A stretch of DNA of 63,645 nucleotides, filler included, from Sphacelaria rigidula (GCA_964200075.2; 11 parts of 11 records of this genome joined end to end with filler, not necessarily neighbours in it), one strand, 5' to 3'. Counted from the first letter of the whole stretch, positions 35,780 through 49,180 are shown. The notes: a model not told the origin generated them from the sequence alone. Numbers and translations: made by a program.

Positions 35780-38700
35780 ACATTACCTGCAGAAGACGTT
35801 GGCACAGCAGGGTTCCATACCGTTCCACTTTTCCAGCGAGGGAAACGGGGCGCAACCCGGGGGGCGCATAGGGTTGTAAGCGGACGTTGCCCGGTCGTAC
35901 AGCTCTTTGTGCTTCACGGCAGCGAGCGTCGAGATGGCCTGGTGCACCAAATGGGTTCTTCACAACCGATGTTTGCAGAAAATAACGAAGGAGGGACGGT
36001 ATATATGCAAAAATGAGCATGGTATCCGAGTCACAAACATATATCTACACCCAACGCATTTCTCTGTATCGTAGATCATCTCATCATGAAAAAAAGCGCC
36101 CATCCCAATCCCGTGAAAGCTGACGGAAACACCGTGGAATGTACATCCCGTTAAGTCTCTAAATTCATGGGTTAAAAAATGGGGCTTGCAGGGATCCTCC
36201 TTCGCATCCACCAGACTCTAGTGGAAAACACGATTGAAGATGCGCTGTACTCACCCCGGTAGAAATCGACAGATACCCGGGTAGCGTTCGACTCCCTCGA
36301 CGATCTCTGACAGGGTCTTGAGGGCGCCTTTGGTATCATTCCTCATAATTTTCGCGGCAATAATTCTTCTGCCAGGACGCGAAAGGAAGGGCAAGCAGCA
36401 GCGGTCACGCGGCTACCATCACGACCTCGTTTCCCCCCTGTCGACAATCCCGGTGTTATATCCGTCTGCGTCGAGGCCTCTTCGCCGATCGTTTCGAAAC
36501 TAGTTTCATACAGGGGTAGGGCGTGGTCACGGAACCCAAACGTGTGAACACTTGTGCGTATTTTAATTCTAGCATCGCATGTCTCCGACACCCCTCGCGT
36601 CAACATTGTTTGGGCCATAGCTTACAGCGTTACAAGGCAGTAAAAGGCAACTGAAAAGTTCGTTAAATGCCTCGAAAGGCCTGCAGCTGCGGGAATGACT
36701 GCACGCATGTGTATACTCACCAGGGGGTCTGATCTCTTCCTGACCCTTTCGATGGGAGTGCGAGGTCGTCCCCACGCTGCTGCACAACTTAGATGATACC
36801 TCCTCCGTAGTTTCCACGCCAGCTCGACTTCTCTAATCGTGGTCAACTCTTCATGTAACTCTCTCAAAACTGTGTACATTCCTACTCCGAGTCGAAAAAC
36901 AGACACTTCATCACTTCAGTCAACCGCAGTTAACATAGCTGATATTATCTTGAAGCCAAATCACTGGACGTATGGTGCTCCCCCATTCTCCGCCGCACAT
37001 GGTGGGCCCAAGCATACAATGCGATTTCGGTGACAAATTCAAGGGCTATACTTATTGTTTTGCATCACATAGCGTGAATTTGCAAAGTTTGTCGCGCAGA
37101 TAGGATGACAGCGAACGTTCGGCACGTGCATCACAGAGTCGCCTGACAGCATACTCGTGACAGGCACAGGACACGGCACTTCTTTGAACCCGCTTCCGAA
37201 TGTTCATTCAGAGGAAATGAGTGAAAAACTCTCCAGGTTTGGCCGGTCATGAAGGAAGCGGTTGCGCCGTCATGTACGAGAGCAGATCAAAGGGTAGTAA
37301 AGTTAACAAAACTGTTCCATGCGAGGCACATTATTCTCCGTACTATCTATCATGATAAGACTCACACATTGACGGCTACTCGGAAGAATGTAGACGTGAT
37401 ACTTGATCTTCGTTTGGCAGCAAGTAGCAGCACATCGCCATCCCACGGTCCGTCGAGTGCATGTGCCATGAAGGTTGACGCAGAGGCGTGAACAGCAAGT
37501 ACCAGAAAACACACGACATGTACGCACGATAAATCGCCTCTTGTTAGCATGAAAGTCGACGGTTCACGCATTTACGGGAGTACATACCCGCTGCCACCAT
37601 CGAGTCCGACTAACGCGTGAAATTACACAAGGGGTGACTAGTCCTGGACATAAAACTCAGCACAAATCCTCCACATTCCTTGTAATAGCACTCGGAGAAA
37701 ACAACGCCGCGGCTGCCGCAAGGTCAATTCCCCGCGTTCTGCCCAGCCATCGGTTTCTACCACGAGGAGGGCCCAGCATCTTCTGAACTTCACAGCTTGC
37801 CTCTTGGTAACTCCCACGATCTATGGTAGCTGCCCCGACCATTGCACAGAATCATAACAAGTTCGTCATTCTCCACCTCTCGATGATGTGCTCTAATGTC
37901 TCCATCTCCCAAGCAAGGACTCTCATTCGGTTGGTCAACGTCTCCTCGAGAACCTCTGTAGACCCCAGCGCTTGCTCCAACTGTACGCCGGAGTTGCGCT
38001 CTTCCTCCAGTGAGGATTTACTATACACGAACAGATCTTCCCCTGGTCCTTTGCCCTTGTCACAACCAGCAGAGCTACTCGCTTCCTTTTGAACGTCATC
38101 GATAAAGGCGTTCTGGAAAGACTGCAATGCCTGCATCGAGTGCTGGAGTACTTGATCCTCGTTGGCAAGGTTGGTCATCTGCACAGACAGGTAGTTGCGG
38201 GGACGCCGCCGGAACTATGTGCATGGGGCCAATATGGCAGCAGGCCCATTACGTGGCAACGGAATACAGGATCATATTGGGCGCCTTCTTCGCATTCTCT
38301 CATGCTCGTTCCCTACTTTTGAAAATATCATTCGGGAACTTCACGGCTCATGTCCGTCGCGAGATTCATTTCCATTCCCAGATTCAGAAAATGGATACCC
38401 CCGAAGGTCAGCACTGGTGCTTGTTACATGCAGTTTCACACACGCAGTCCTGACATTGCACACAGCATGTCTACGCTGCATGATGGAATTACTTCTCTGT
38501 CAAGAGGGGTGCTTGAGACTCATTTGAGGCGCTGGAGCCGGTTGCGCGGTGTAATGCGTGAGAGGACCGCGTGCTTAGAGGACCGCGCCGTAGTGCAAAA
38601 CACCCCAGGATCGACGTTTTTCGAAACCAATCGTGTCAGTGCCTGCAGGTACCACGCCCCTGACTACAACCCCAACACTAACCCTAACCCTAACCCTAAG

Positions 38701-39710
38701 CATGGGGATCTTCGAATTCCAATGCGGTCCTCTAAGCACGCGGTCCTCTCACGCATTACAGCAGTATCCTGAGATGTGCACGTAGGGCACCGGCCTACAG
38801 CGTTCCGAAGCATAAAACCGTTGTGTATACATTGCGTTGGTGGGAAAAGGGAGGGCCAAGATAACGTTTCTACAAATGCCCACCGTAAAGCGCGGGCCTC
38901 AGCCTACATTCGTGCGTTCGTTCGTTGTGGATTACATAATACGTTCGACACTATTCGGTCCAAGTCGTGAATTTTCCGATAGATCCGAAGCAACAGAGAT
39001 TGCGCTTACCATGGGGTGAGGGTGCACGACGTCTCCATCACGCGGCTGCGGTTCTGCACCATTTTGAGTCTTGTCTCCAGGGAGGTTCAGGCCAGATCCA
39101 ACTTGCACAAGCACTGCTAAGCCCTGAGTTTAGGAGACACGGGCTTAGAGTGCATAGTCAGACGGACGTTGGCCTGGTTGCGACTGTTCCGGGCCTACTG
39201 TGATCAAAACCTCAACTTTTACACGATGAACACGATCGTCGTGGCGTATGTTATGGGAACACATGCAAAGAAGTTGCAAATATCGACTTCTGAGCCATCG
39301 CATCCCTCCCCGCCTCGTCGCCACCAAGATCCTCGTTGGGGGGCTGAGGTCGGTATAACCAACAATGAAATCGTTTTGGCACAGCACGCTGTTGACGCAT
39401 ACCTGGTCTCGAGGAGCTGAGAGGTGGCCGACTCGTTTTCATTTCATTCGGAACCAACGTGATATTTTGCGACCCTAGCGTCAACGGTACGTGGGTTGAC
39501 ATAATTTGAGGCGTGTTGTACGCAATATGCTGACGCCAAATAAATAACAAACTCAGTCACTTCAGCCTGGCAGCCGAAGACGCCTGGACGGAGAAATCAT
39601 CATGCCACATACAATTCACTCACCTTTGGAACTACCTCACTTGATTGTCCTCCATTCCGAACGCTTTCCAGAATCACATGTGAACGCTGCATGCATTCGA
39701 CGAACGATTT
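35780..39710 (-). pseudogene. Degraded multi-exon coding relic, possibly a DNA transposase (WRKY/GCM1-like Cys-rich part plus Mutator-like core)
   Basis: Several AG/GT-bounded coding-like blocks with stops, including Cys-rich CCSRLCVNLHGTCTRRTVGWRCAATCCQTKIKYH, RRIIAAKIMRND...ICRFLPG|gtgagt and FRDLTGCTFHGVSVSFHGIGMGAFFHDEM. The family assignment is by eye and weak. Confidence 0.3.
38550..38760. mobile_element. 211-bp MITE with perfect 37-bp TIRs and internal telomere-type (CCCTAA) repeats
   Basis: tgtaatgcgtgagaggaccgcgtgcttagaggaccgc (38550-38586) is the exact reverse complement of 38724-38760. ccccaacactaaccctaaccctaaccctaa lies at ~38670-38699. Confidence 0.88.
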
Positions 39711-40101
39711 CTGCAACAGGGGAGGACACACATCTGTTGGTGTGAACAGCCTTTTCAGTGTAGTCTGCAGTACTGACAAACCACGGTACGAAGGTATCTG
39801 TCTTTACTCGACAGTGTCAGTTACATGCGGTGGGATTTGATACTATAGTAGGCGTATATCTTGTACTTACGTACGTGATGCTGGCTGGGAAGGTCTACTT
39901 GTCATACGAAGTGTTGAGGTAGCCACACTCAGTCACTTCCTTCTCTTCATTCTCTTCCTTCTGTTTCCTTCCTTGACTTACTTAGTCAAGCGATGTAATA
40001 CTACTCTTCTACATAAACATGATCGGCTCAGCCGTGTCCTTCGATCGACTTCATCAGTCGTGTGCAGCTGTCCCTCTTTATGGATCATGTGTCAAGGAAC
40101 A

Positions 40102-40465
40102 TGTTCAGGAAGCGAACAGTTTACCCATTGAACCAGTGAGCGCTCACTGATCCAATGGATAAACTGTTCGCTTCCTGAACAAAAGATATGCTGCGTGGTC
40201 CATCCCGGGATGACACATCAGCGATCTCCGGGGCCTCTTGCCCCTCGTAAGCCTCACTGTCCACAAGTTAAACTCATTCCTTCCACAATCGATCATGCCG
40301 AGTCTCGAACTCCATATTTTTTGTGCAGAAAGCGAACATTTGACAATGGAGCTACCAGTGAGCGCTCACTGGTTCAATGGATAAACTGTTCGCTTCCTGA
40401 ACAAAAGATATGCGGTTCGAATCCCGGCATGATCGATTGTGGAAGGAATGAGTTTGACATGTGGA
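40102..40465. mobile_element. Cluster of tRNA-derived SINE heads (family C) in inverted arrangement, including an 80-bp palindrome
   Basis: GCGCTCACTGGTTCAATGGATAA...GCGGTTCGAATCCCGGC carries A and B boxes at ~40362-40428. Palindrome 40102-40181 has 37/40 bases paired, and 40260-40302 is inverted relative to 40423-40465. Confidence 0.7.
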
Positions 40466-41199
40466 NNNNNNNNNNNNNNNNNNNNNNNNNNNNNNNNNNN
40501 NNNNNNNNNTTAATTAATTAANNNNNNNNNNNNNNNNNNNNNNNNNNNNNNNNNNNNNNNNNNNNGCTGGGGATCGCGAGGGAGGTGAAGATAGGGAAGT
40601 TAGTCGCCAATCGGCTTTCCATCGGGCGCCGATGGCGAGGGTCCTCCTGTGAGGATCTTAGATGGATCTGTCGAGCTAGGAGACAATTTGGTCTTCAAGG
40701 CTGTCCCGGCAGAGCATGCCCTGATGCTGACACCATCCCTCCAACTGGACGCAGTTGTGGTTTCCCGAAATACTTTGGAAGTTTCCCGCCCGTTGCCACG
40801 GCGAGAGAAGAAGCCCCATCAGCGTGCCCTCAAGAAAGCGCGCGCATGAACGCGTACACCTCTCTCAAGCACAAACCTCGACCTCATTCTCTCCAAAATG
40901 CGACGGCTTTGAGCTCGACGGCTTTACCAGGCATCACCGAAGAATCCAAATGTGATATTTCTGACGTCACCGCCTCCTCAATTGACGACCGTAGCACTAA
41001 ACAGCATGACTCTGCTTTGAACTGTGGTTCCTTCCATCCTAAGAGAGTCATCTATGAAATTGCCAAATGACCAGTCGAGCTGTGCTGCACCTAGGAATCA
41101 CATATCATCCACCATATCTTCTGGTGAGAAATCTGACTCACCGGCGGATCACCCGCCGTTCGTTTTCGCTATCAGCCCTTCCGACCCCGGCCAATTCAC

Positions 41200-44100
41200 C
41201 TTGCCTGAACGTGGTCCAGATCTTGTCGGCAGTAGAGTGTCTGTCGACCCTGATACTTTTACTACTGGCGTGGCGATCCACTGTGGCCCTACTCCATTAC
41301 GTCTGTCATGTGTGTATCCTTGTTGGATAGTGGCAGCCCACAAACATATATTTGTGAATCGATGTGGGAACACATGGAACGGATTGGCGCTACTTCAGCA
41401 GTTTGTGAAATCACCACTAAGCCTCATGCACCCCCCCCCCAGGTGGTGTGTGATGTCATGTGGCGTTTTCCTGTTATGCCTGGTATAACCGTGCACATAG
41501 CTGTCCCTCTGGAGGTACAACAAGAACACCCTGCGATTCTCATCGCTTTGGCTGGTGATCGTGGTTCTTGAGTTTGGCTCCCTTCCTGTTTGGCTTCACG
41601 TGTTGAGTGGACCAATGAGTCCTGCCTCCAGTAGCCCGAATGGTCGCATGCGGCATCGGAACTTAGGGGGCTGTAGCAGTATTTTGTTCCATCCTCTTTT
41701 TCTCCTTCGTCTTACTATTTTTCGTTTCACTTTATTTCATTTCAGTTTCTTCTGTATCGCGTCTGTGCGATTTTTTTTTCTGCGCCCGATTTTTGTTACT
41801 TGTTTTTCGTTTACCCTATATCGGGGTAGTTAGCCTGTGACCACGGAAGGCGTCCGCATCAGATGCTCAGTACAGAGTACTGGGCATATATCGGAACGGG
41901 TTTTAAATGTGAAGACGGCAGCAGCAGCAACAACAACAACAACAACAAACCTGATATACGGGGCGGTTTTAGTGACTCCATCGCACCTTTGACTACACAA
42001 AGATCAGTACGTCTCAGTGTGCATTTTTTCGCAACACAACTCGCTCTACCAGCCTTGCAGTCTGGGCATATATTATCCTCGACATCACCATAAATCACTA
42101 GGCAGATATGGTTACATGCGGCTTGATCAACGCACCCACCGCACGCCATCACCACCATCGTCACAATCAGCGCCTCGTGGAGAACTCAACCTTGAACTCT
42201 TTGGTACACTTCACGGCGCCTTGGCCTACCAAAGAAAATTATCAAGCTACCGGAGTTACGTACCACCTACGATACGACGGTAGAGGTGGTGTTACTCTCT
42301 CCGATAATCCTCAACTACTAGAAGGTGCACGCGTTCGGCGAAGTGACATGCCTGCCCTTACGGGATATTATCTTGCGGAAATGCTTCCTCGGGTTGGTGC
42401 GCCTGCTGGCACCGAGCATTGTGTCTCCGCAGGGAAACAACTCCTACCACTGACAAGCCGTGCTAGCTTGGAACCCGGTGATATTTCGGGCATCGCCGCT
42501 GCTCCCTCAATGCACATTCCGCTCGGGACATGTGTATCTGAACCCTCGGCGCCCAGTCCTGCGCCTCCGACAGACTGCTCTGTCAACGACGTCGATGAAC
42601 CTTATTTCGACCTAACTTCTTCATTACCCACCACATATTCACACTGTGGGCCCTCCTCGGTCACCTTCCGCCCCTCCTGATGAAGTGCTTCAACGCCTGT
42701 CACCAGAGTCTCGGAAAAGTTTCTTGCGAAGGTGACACCGACTTCCACCCCATTTGCGTGACATTCATTTTTACCTTCATGGATCCGGGTGGGAACCCGC
42801 TGTCATCCAAGAATTGAGTGGAATGTTACTGGAGTACCAAGACCGATTTTCTCGATCCAAAATGGATCTCGGACATTGCAAAACGCTGCCCTTCGAGATT
42901 ACGCTTGAACCTGGCGTTTCGCCAATTCTTTCTCGACCGTACCGGACAAATCCAATCCTTACCAAAAAAACGTCAGTGCTATCTTAGATGCAGAGTTAGG
43001 AGCAGGTTTAATCCAACACTCCTGCTCCCCATGGGCTTCGTCACTTGTGGTCGTCCCCCAAAAGGATGGAAACATACGCATTACCGTTAGTTATAAACGG
43101 CTGAACCGCGTCACTGCCGTGGACAAAACCCCGATTCCCCGCATCGATGAAGTCTTTGACGCCTTAGATGAAGGAAGAATATTCAGCACGTTCGACCTCG
43201 CTCCTGGATTTTTCAAAATGCCATCCACCCTGACACTGTGCCATTGATAGCATTTTGTTTATCTTTCGGGCTTTACGAATGGCTCCGTATGCCACAAGGC
43301 GCCGCCACCGCGCCGAGTTGCTTGCAACGCCTAACGCAACGCGTCGCAGATGACCTCGAGCGCGTCACAATGTAGTTAGACGATACTATCGCCTTCGACG
43401 CCTCACCTATTGCACATGTACGCCCTTTACGAGATTTTCCCTCTCGCCTACGCACGCATGATTTCAAATTGTCCCCATTCATAGCTCGCCTCTGGGCGAC
43501 TGAATTGAATATTTTGGGATATTCAATATCCCAGCGGGCTTGCACCCGGATACCAAAAAGTCAGAGCAAAGACTGAAATGCCGATGCCCACCAACATTTC
43601 CCAACTTCGCTCAATGTTGGGTGGGCTCTCCTACTGTTGCAAAGTTCTGCCAAATCTGTCCAAACAGATCCGCCTCGTGATAGATTTACTCAAGAAAGGT
43701 GCCGCGTTTATCTTCACCATTGACATGGAAACTATCGTTCGCGATTAGCTGAAAATGCTTGCCGAAAAACCGGCTCTCTGTTTTCCAGGCTGGGATGGAG
43801 TACAAGATGGCTCTTGCTTTTGCAACTGCACACCGACGCCAGCGCCGCCGGGTTCGGCAGGATGTTGATTCAGCCCTGACTTGATGGCTCCGCCCGACCC
43901 ATCTTTTACATCTGCCGCGCCACCCTGCCAAACGAGACCAGTGAGAGTCAATTTGAGTTAGAAGGTGGGGTCATCACTGGGGTCATTAAGCGCCTTCGAC
44001 AATAGTTGTTCCACGCACCTTTTCACCTCTACACGGGTCACGGAGCACTAAATAGAACAGCTGGCTAAGGTTGGCGAACATAATCCGCGTGTACAACGCT

Positions 44101-46260
44101 GGTTGGAGTTCCTGACAGCTTGCCGGTATATTGTCAACCATCGGCTAAGAAAACCAAGGGGAATGCTGACCTTCTCTCTCGACTACCCCTGCCCCGAAAC
44201 GGCAGTAGACTTCAGTCCAGCTTGCCGATTAACTGAACCCGATGAACCAGGCGTCTACCCTGTCCGGTGTTTCTCCACACCCTTTTGAGCCCTTGATCTT
44301 CATTGCCCAGAAACGGGTATGCACATGGGAGGCCCTCCCCCCTGCCGCATGATGCAGTCTTGGGTGGGCTAAAGCCCACAACCGCCGATTTCGTCGAGTT
44401 CTGCACTTTCGGTCCTCGCGCGAATATCTCTGCCCCGCCACCCTCAGTCATCCACATCATTTCCGACAGTACGCGCTCTTGGTCTGCGGCCCGCGCCAAT
44501 CCCTCACGTGCCCTGCAACCACCGACAACGCCTACTGACCCCACGAGCCGCGCAGCGCCGGGTCCTCGCACCTGCGCGCCACGCCCCTCGTCAGCACCCA
44601 CCACGCGCAATGAACGCAGCAAGCGGAGCGTGAACTGGCGCGCACTACTGCAACAACACCGCCCTCTGCGGTGCCCTCAGCGCCCACCCCTCCAGATGAT
44701 GGAGTGAACGCTTCGGACTCTGATCCCGATGTGCATATTAACGTTAGCACCCCCGTCCCGTCGCGTGTTCCACCACTTCCCCAGCCGCCATGCTTGGTCG
44801 GCTCTCCGGCGGAAAGCAAACTGCGCGAGTTCCTCGCCAGCTACTCCCATCGTGATTGGGCTCACGAACAACAAGCGGAGCTATTATGCCGCGCAACAAT
44901 GCAATATTTACAGCTTGGCTGTCCTGCCCCCACCCCGGCCAATATTCTGGCCCCAGCTGGTACACTCCCACCGCCAAACCTCTCCGACGTTTATGAACTC
45001 GCACGTAGGGGTACCATTTTCACCGCCGATAATGGTGTTCAATTGCTCGTCCATCGTCGCACGCCCATGTCGAGTGCAACTTCAGCCGTGACACTGGACG
45101 TCATGCACGTCTCCTCGGTGACGAAGCCACCCGCATAAATGTTCCACTTTTGATGCGCCCGTGGGTCATGAAGGCTGCCACACTGACTGGTTTTGTCACC
45201 CTGGTGTCACGCGCACATTAGCGCTACTTGAAGGTTTCCACTGGTGGATCGATATGGAAGTATTCACTTGTTTTTGGACTCGGCGGTGCTTCAAGTGTCA
45301 AGCCCGCAAAACATCACGACCTACAACACGTTGGCCCACTTTTTCTATGGAACATCCCGACACCCCTGGTCACCGCGTGTCGACTTACTATTTCGGTCCC
45401 CTACCGACCACTGATCGTGGCAATACCTACATTCTACTCTTCACTGGCCGCTTCAGCCGCCATGCATCCATGTAGGCAGTCACCGCTGGAGACTTCACAG
45501 TCGCAGGCACAGCTGACATCCTAGTTCACGACCACGTTAAAGATTGTGGTTATCCGAAACGGCTCCTCTTCGATAATGGGCAGCAATTTTGCTCCGACCT
45601 CTCGGATGAACTGTATAAGCTTCTGGATATCCGCAAGATTACCACGAGCGCCTCTACCACCCCAATGGTAATGGTGGCACTAAACGAGTCAACCACACTA
45701 TGGCCCAGATGCTATCTATGATTGTCAACGATCGTCAAAACGATTGATATCTCCAAATTGCTCATGTCATGCTGCCTTATAACAACTCGGTCAACGCCGC
45801 TACTGGCCTCTCTCCGAACGAACTGCATCTCGGACGCTACCCCCGCTTGCCCATCACCGTGTTTGAGCGACACACCTTTGATCGCCACCCGGGCCTAGAC
45901 CAGGGCCAGATATCCTACCATAAGTTAGCGCGTTCTCGACCGCGCAAAGCGTCCATGCTTGTGCGTGAACAACGCGCTATCAACACCTCGCGTCTTGAGA
46001 GATCCAACACTGCTCTCTACAACTTGATGCACAGACGCCCCCCTGGAAAGTTGGCGATTGTGTCTAGGTTTACAACAGTTTACCGACCATCCGCCAAGGC
46101 GCCAACACAGCCGCCAACGAGACAGTCTCGAAGACCAAATTGTCTCCTAGCTCGACAGATCCATCTAAGATCCTCACAGGAGGACCCTCGCCATCGGCGC
46201 CCGATGAAAAGCCGATTGGCGACTAACTTCCCTATCTTCACCTCCCTCGCGATCCCCAGG
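41200..46260 (+). mobile_element. Degraded Ty3/gypsy LTR retrotransposon pol (PR-RT-RNaseH-INT); LTRs not in contig
   Basis: Protease LLDSGS. RT SPWAS.LVVVPQKDGNIRITVSYKRLN, IFSTFDLAPGF, MPQG, and a *LDD remnant. RNase H ELEGG and RVQRWLEFL. Integrase HPGVTRT...C..CQ, YFGPLP, DNGQQF, YNNSVNAATG.SP. Many stops and frameshifts. Confidence 0.93.
41428..41946 (+). mobile_element. 5'-truncated retroposon with (CAG)n(CAA)n tail inserted in the gypsy protease
   Basis: Interrupts CEITTKPH...GGFSDSIAPLTTQRSVRLSVHF. Ends in cagcagcagcaacaacaacaacaacaac, with a degenerate TSD aagcctcat/aaacctgat. Confidence 0.65.
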
Positions 46261-48855
46261 NNNNNNNNNNNNNNNNNNNNNNNNNNNNNNNNNNNNNNNN
46301 NNNNTTAATTAATTAANNNNNNNNNNNNNNNNNNNNNNNNNNNNNNNNNNNNNNNNNNNNATCCACAACATGGGCCCCGTTACCACCACAACAGCAGCAG
46401 CGACCTTTTTTCCCTTTTGTTTCCAAATTGGCAAAAAAAAAAAAACACACACACGCCCACAAACAGAACAACTGGGACAAGAAAAAAAAAACGAGCTCCG
46501 TCAAGGTAGTTGTATTTCCACAACAAAATCAAGTACCTTTTCAATCTCGGCCTTCGGTTTGAGCTTTTCTCTCCCGCTGCTTTTCCAGCCGTCTTGTTGA
46601 TATACCTGCTTCATCACGAGAAAGGGGGCGAGTAGGGGTCTTCAATACCGGCGATATAATATTGATATGCTTCAGGCACACGATATCAACGCGAATATTG
46701 ATATTGATCACCTCAAACATGGATTTTTTCTCGACACGTTTCACCCACGGAATACAGCACAACTCTCTGAGTCGTCAATGAGCTGGCATTTGCGCGTCTT
46801 TGACAACAAGAAAATGTACTCGAGAAAATCTATGGCCAGAGGTGGTTATGCAGTATCCCCTCCCCCCCAAGACTGATTCGGACCCCGGATCGTTTCACTA
46901 GTGCCATGCCCATCCCTTATCCTGTAGGGGACGGGGACGGGTACGGGTACGAAATTACTTGGAGATCTCGAAATGGAAGCTGGCACTCATCGTTCAATTC
47001 ACAAAAAAAAAACATGAGGCAGTTGAAGAGCTCAGTATACAAGGCAGTCGCACTTCTGCACACACTGGGGAATGACTTCACCACCTCCCTCTCTTACGAG
47101 ACTGAGATTTGGATCATGACCCGGCTCCGTTCCACTACTCTCGTAATTAACTCTTATCCTGCAGGGAAGGACGGGGGGGGGGGGTACTCTAATCAAAGTA
47201 GGCACACATGATGGATGGTTGGCGTCAAATCCCAACAACGTCGGAGCGGAGCGACATGCTCAATTAGAATGGCGTGACAAGCCGCCACGGTAAGCGTGCC
47301 GCAGGGGGAATGGCGTTTCTGAATGCAAAGTGTTGGTATTCATCTTAGATCTTTGTTTTTTCTTGTTTTCACGGGACAAGACGACTAACCTCCAGAAAGT
47401 GAACGTCTCTCCGCATCTTGCCGATCAGCACCTTGAACTTGGCTCGGATTCTGTCCCAACGATTCTCGCCGTCGCTGGCGTTACGAGACCGTTTTCTGGG
47501 TCATGACCACAGCGACCAGGGAAGTGAAGGGAAAACAAAGGGACAAGAAGACAGGGGGAGACGGGAACTGAAAAAACACGGCCGAAGACGTACTGAGAAA
47601 TGGAGGGACTTCACCAGTCAAAGCCCTGTAAGATTTCCGCACACTCGGTGAGCAAAAAGATGAGAGATGGATATCCGTATCAACCCACTGATCGACAACC
47701 CCCCCGACCTCCTCGGGTATGGATATGTACTGTACATACAGCGACCATCGGGCGGAAAGATAGAAAACATCTGCTCAGGGCACCATTGCAAGCAGCGACA
47801 CCCCGCTACCTGTACGTACTACTACGCGGTAGCGCAGCTTCCGCAGTCCCACAATCTGGACCAACCAGGGTACCCGAATGCGGCAGACCACCCCAAAAAG
47901 GTGTGCTGTTGGAGCCATCTCGTCGAGGTTCGTCGACTACCTAGCTCTAAAGGAAGTGCGGTAGTCTGTTCTCAGGGAAAATCAAGATTGGGTTTCTTTT
48001 CGCCCCGGGGTAGTATTCTCCATAAGCCACGGCAGCCTACAGCCCTGCCAATGGAATCCTTCGATATCTCTGCTTTGAGTTTGCGAACCGGTCTGCACCT
48101 TTGTCTGCCGTCGCCCGCTGTACCATTGTCTTGTCCCTGTGTCTCGTCCTCTAGCAACGTATGCAAGACCACTTTCGCCCCTTTTTTGCCCCGGCCCATC
48201 GGTGGGTGCACTGGTCGACGCGGCCGTCCGCGAGGTCTTCTTTCTTCTTTTTTGAAGTTTTGCTCCGGCTCGAACATCGTGCGCGATTTCACGGTCCTGT
48301 GTGATCGTTAGTTTGTATGACTGTTCAGTGCGTTGTTTTTTCTTGTGCGGGGGGGGGGTTGCAGAAACGGGCAGAAATCATAATTGAAAACTTCAGAAAA
48401 CGATGAATAAATATATGAAAGAGTGTACGTTACCCTTCATGTTAATTCTCGAAAAAATAACACGTTTCGACGTCGTCCTCCATATACGACGTCGCTCAGG
48501 TTTGTTTCAACAACATTTTCGCCCAATTACTCAGACCGGCGGTTGACAAGGGAAACGTCCTCACACGCACCGTGGGTACTACGGGGGATTAACCGCCAAC
48601 TTCGTCGCGTGGCACACAAGTACGATGCTCTCACCATTGCGAAAAAAGGGGCAATCGGAAAAGTACTGTGGCATCAACATGCAACTCAACGCAAGCCAAG
48701 GGCGGGCGTGGCTGTCATCTGCTGGGCCCTGCAATCGTTAAAAACGGGGTGGTTCAGTGTCTGGCTGACGGAGCACTTAATCTTTTCGTGTCAACAGATG
48801 TGGGCTTCGCTTCGGGTCAGTGTTGGGGTGACGATATTGCTCATCTACTGTCGCT

Positions 48856-49180
48856 GCGCCCCGGTGGTGTAATGATCCAACTGTCGCCATTATTGTGGAG
48901 AGAACGGGGGTTCGATTCCCGATGCGTTGGGTTTTTTTTTCGTCATATATGATTTCCACCGTGGAAAGCGTGCGAACGTGAGTAAACAAAGTAGTCGACT
49001 GGATTTGTGTGACGTGAGTTGACGCGATGCGGGAGTGCCGACCCTGTCTGCGAGACCAAAATGAGAGGCATGTACCGGGGGAGAAATGGGTTGATCCCTC
49101 GAGACCACGGGCTCATCCCGAGGAAGGGGAGCGGTTCAAAGTGTGAGGAAAGAAAATAAAGAAAGAAAGAAAAGAAAAAA
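48856..49180 (+). mobile_element. tRNA-derived SINE, family A
   Basis: gcgccccggtggtgtaatg...ggggttcgattcccgatgcg, homologous to 7546-7854, with an A-rich tail. Confidence 0.82.

Noticed and set aside
47667..48311. Overlapping 214-aa (+) and 106-aa (-) ORFs
   Set aside because: No domain signature or splice support; possibly TE debris, but unassignable.
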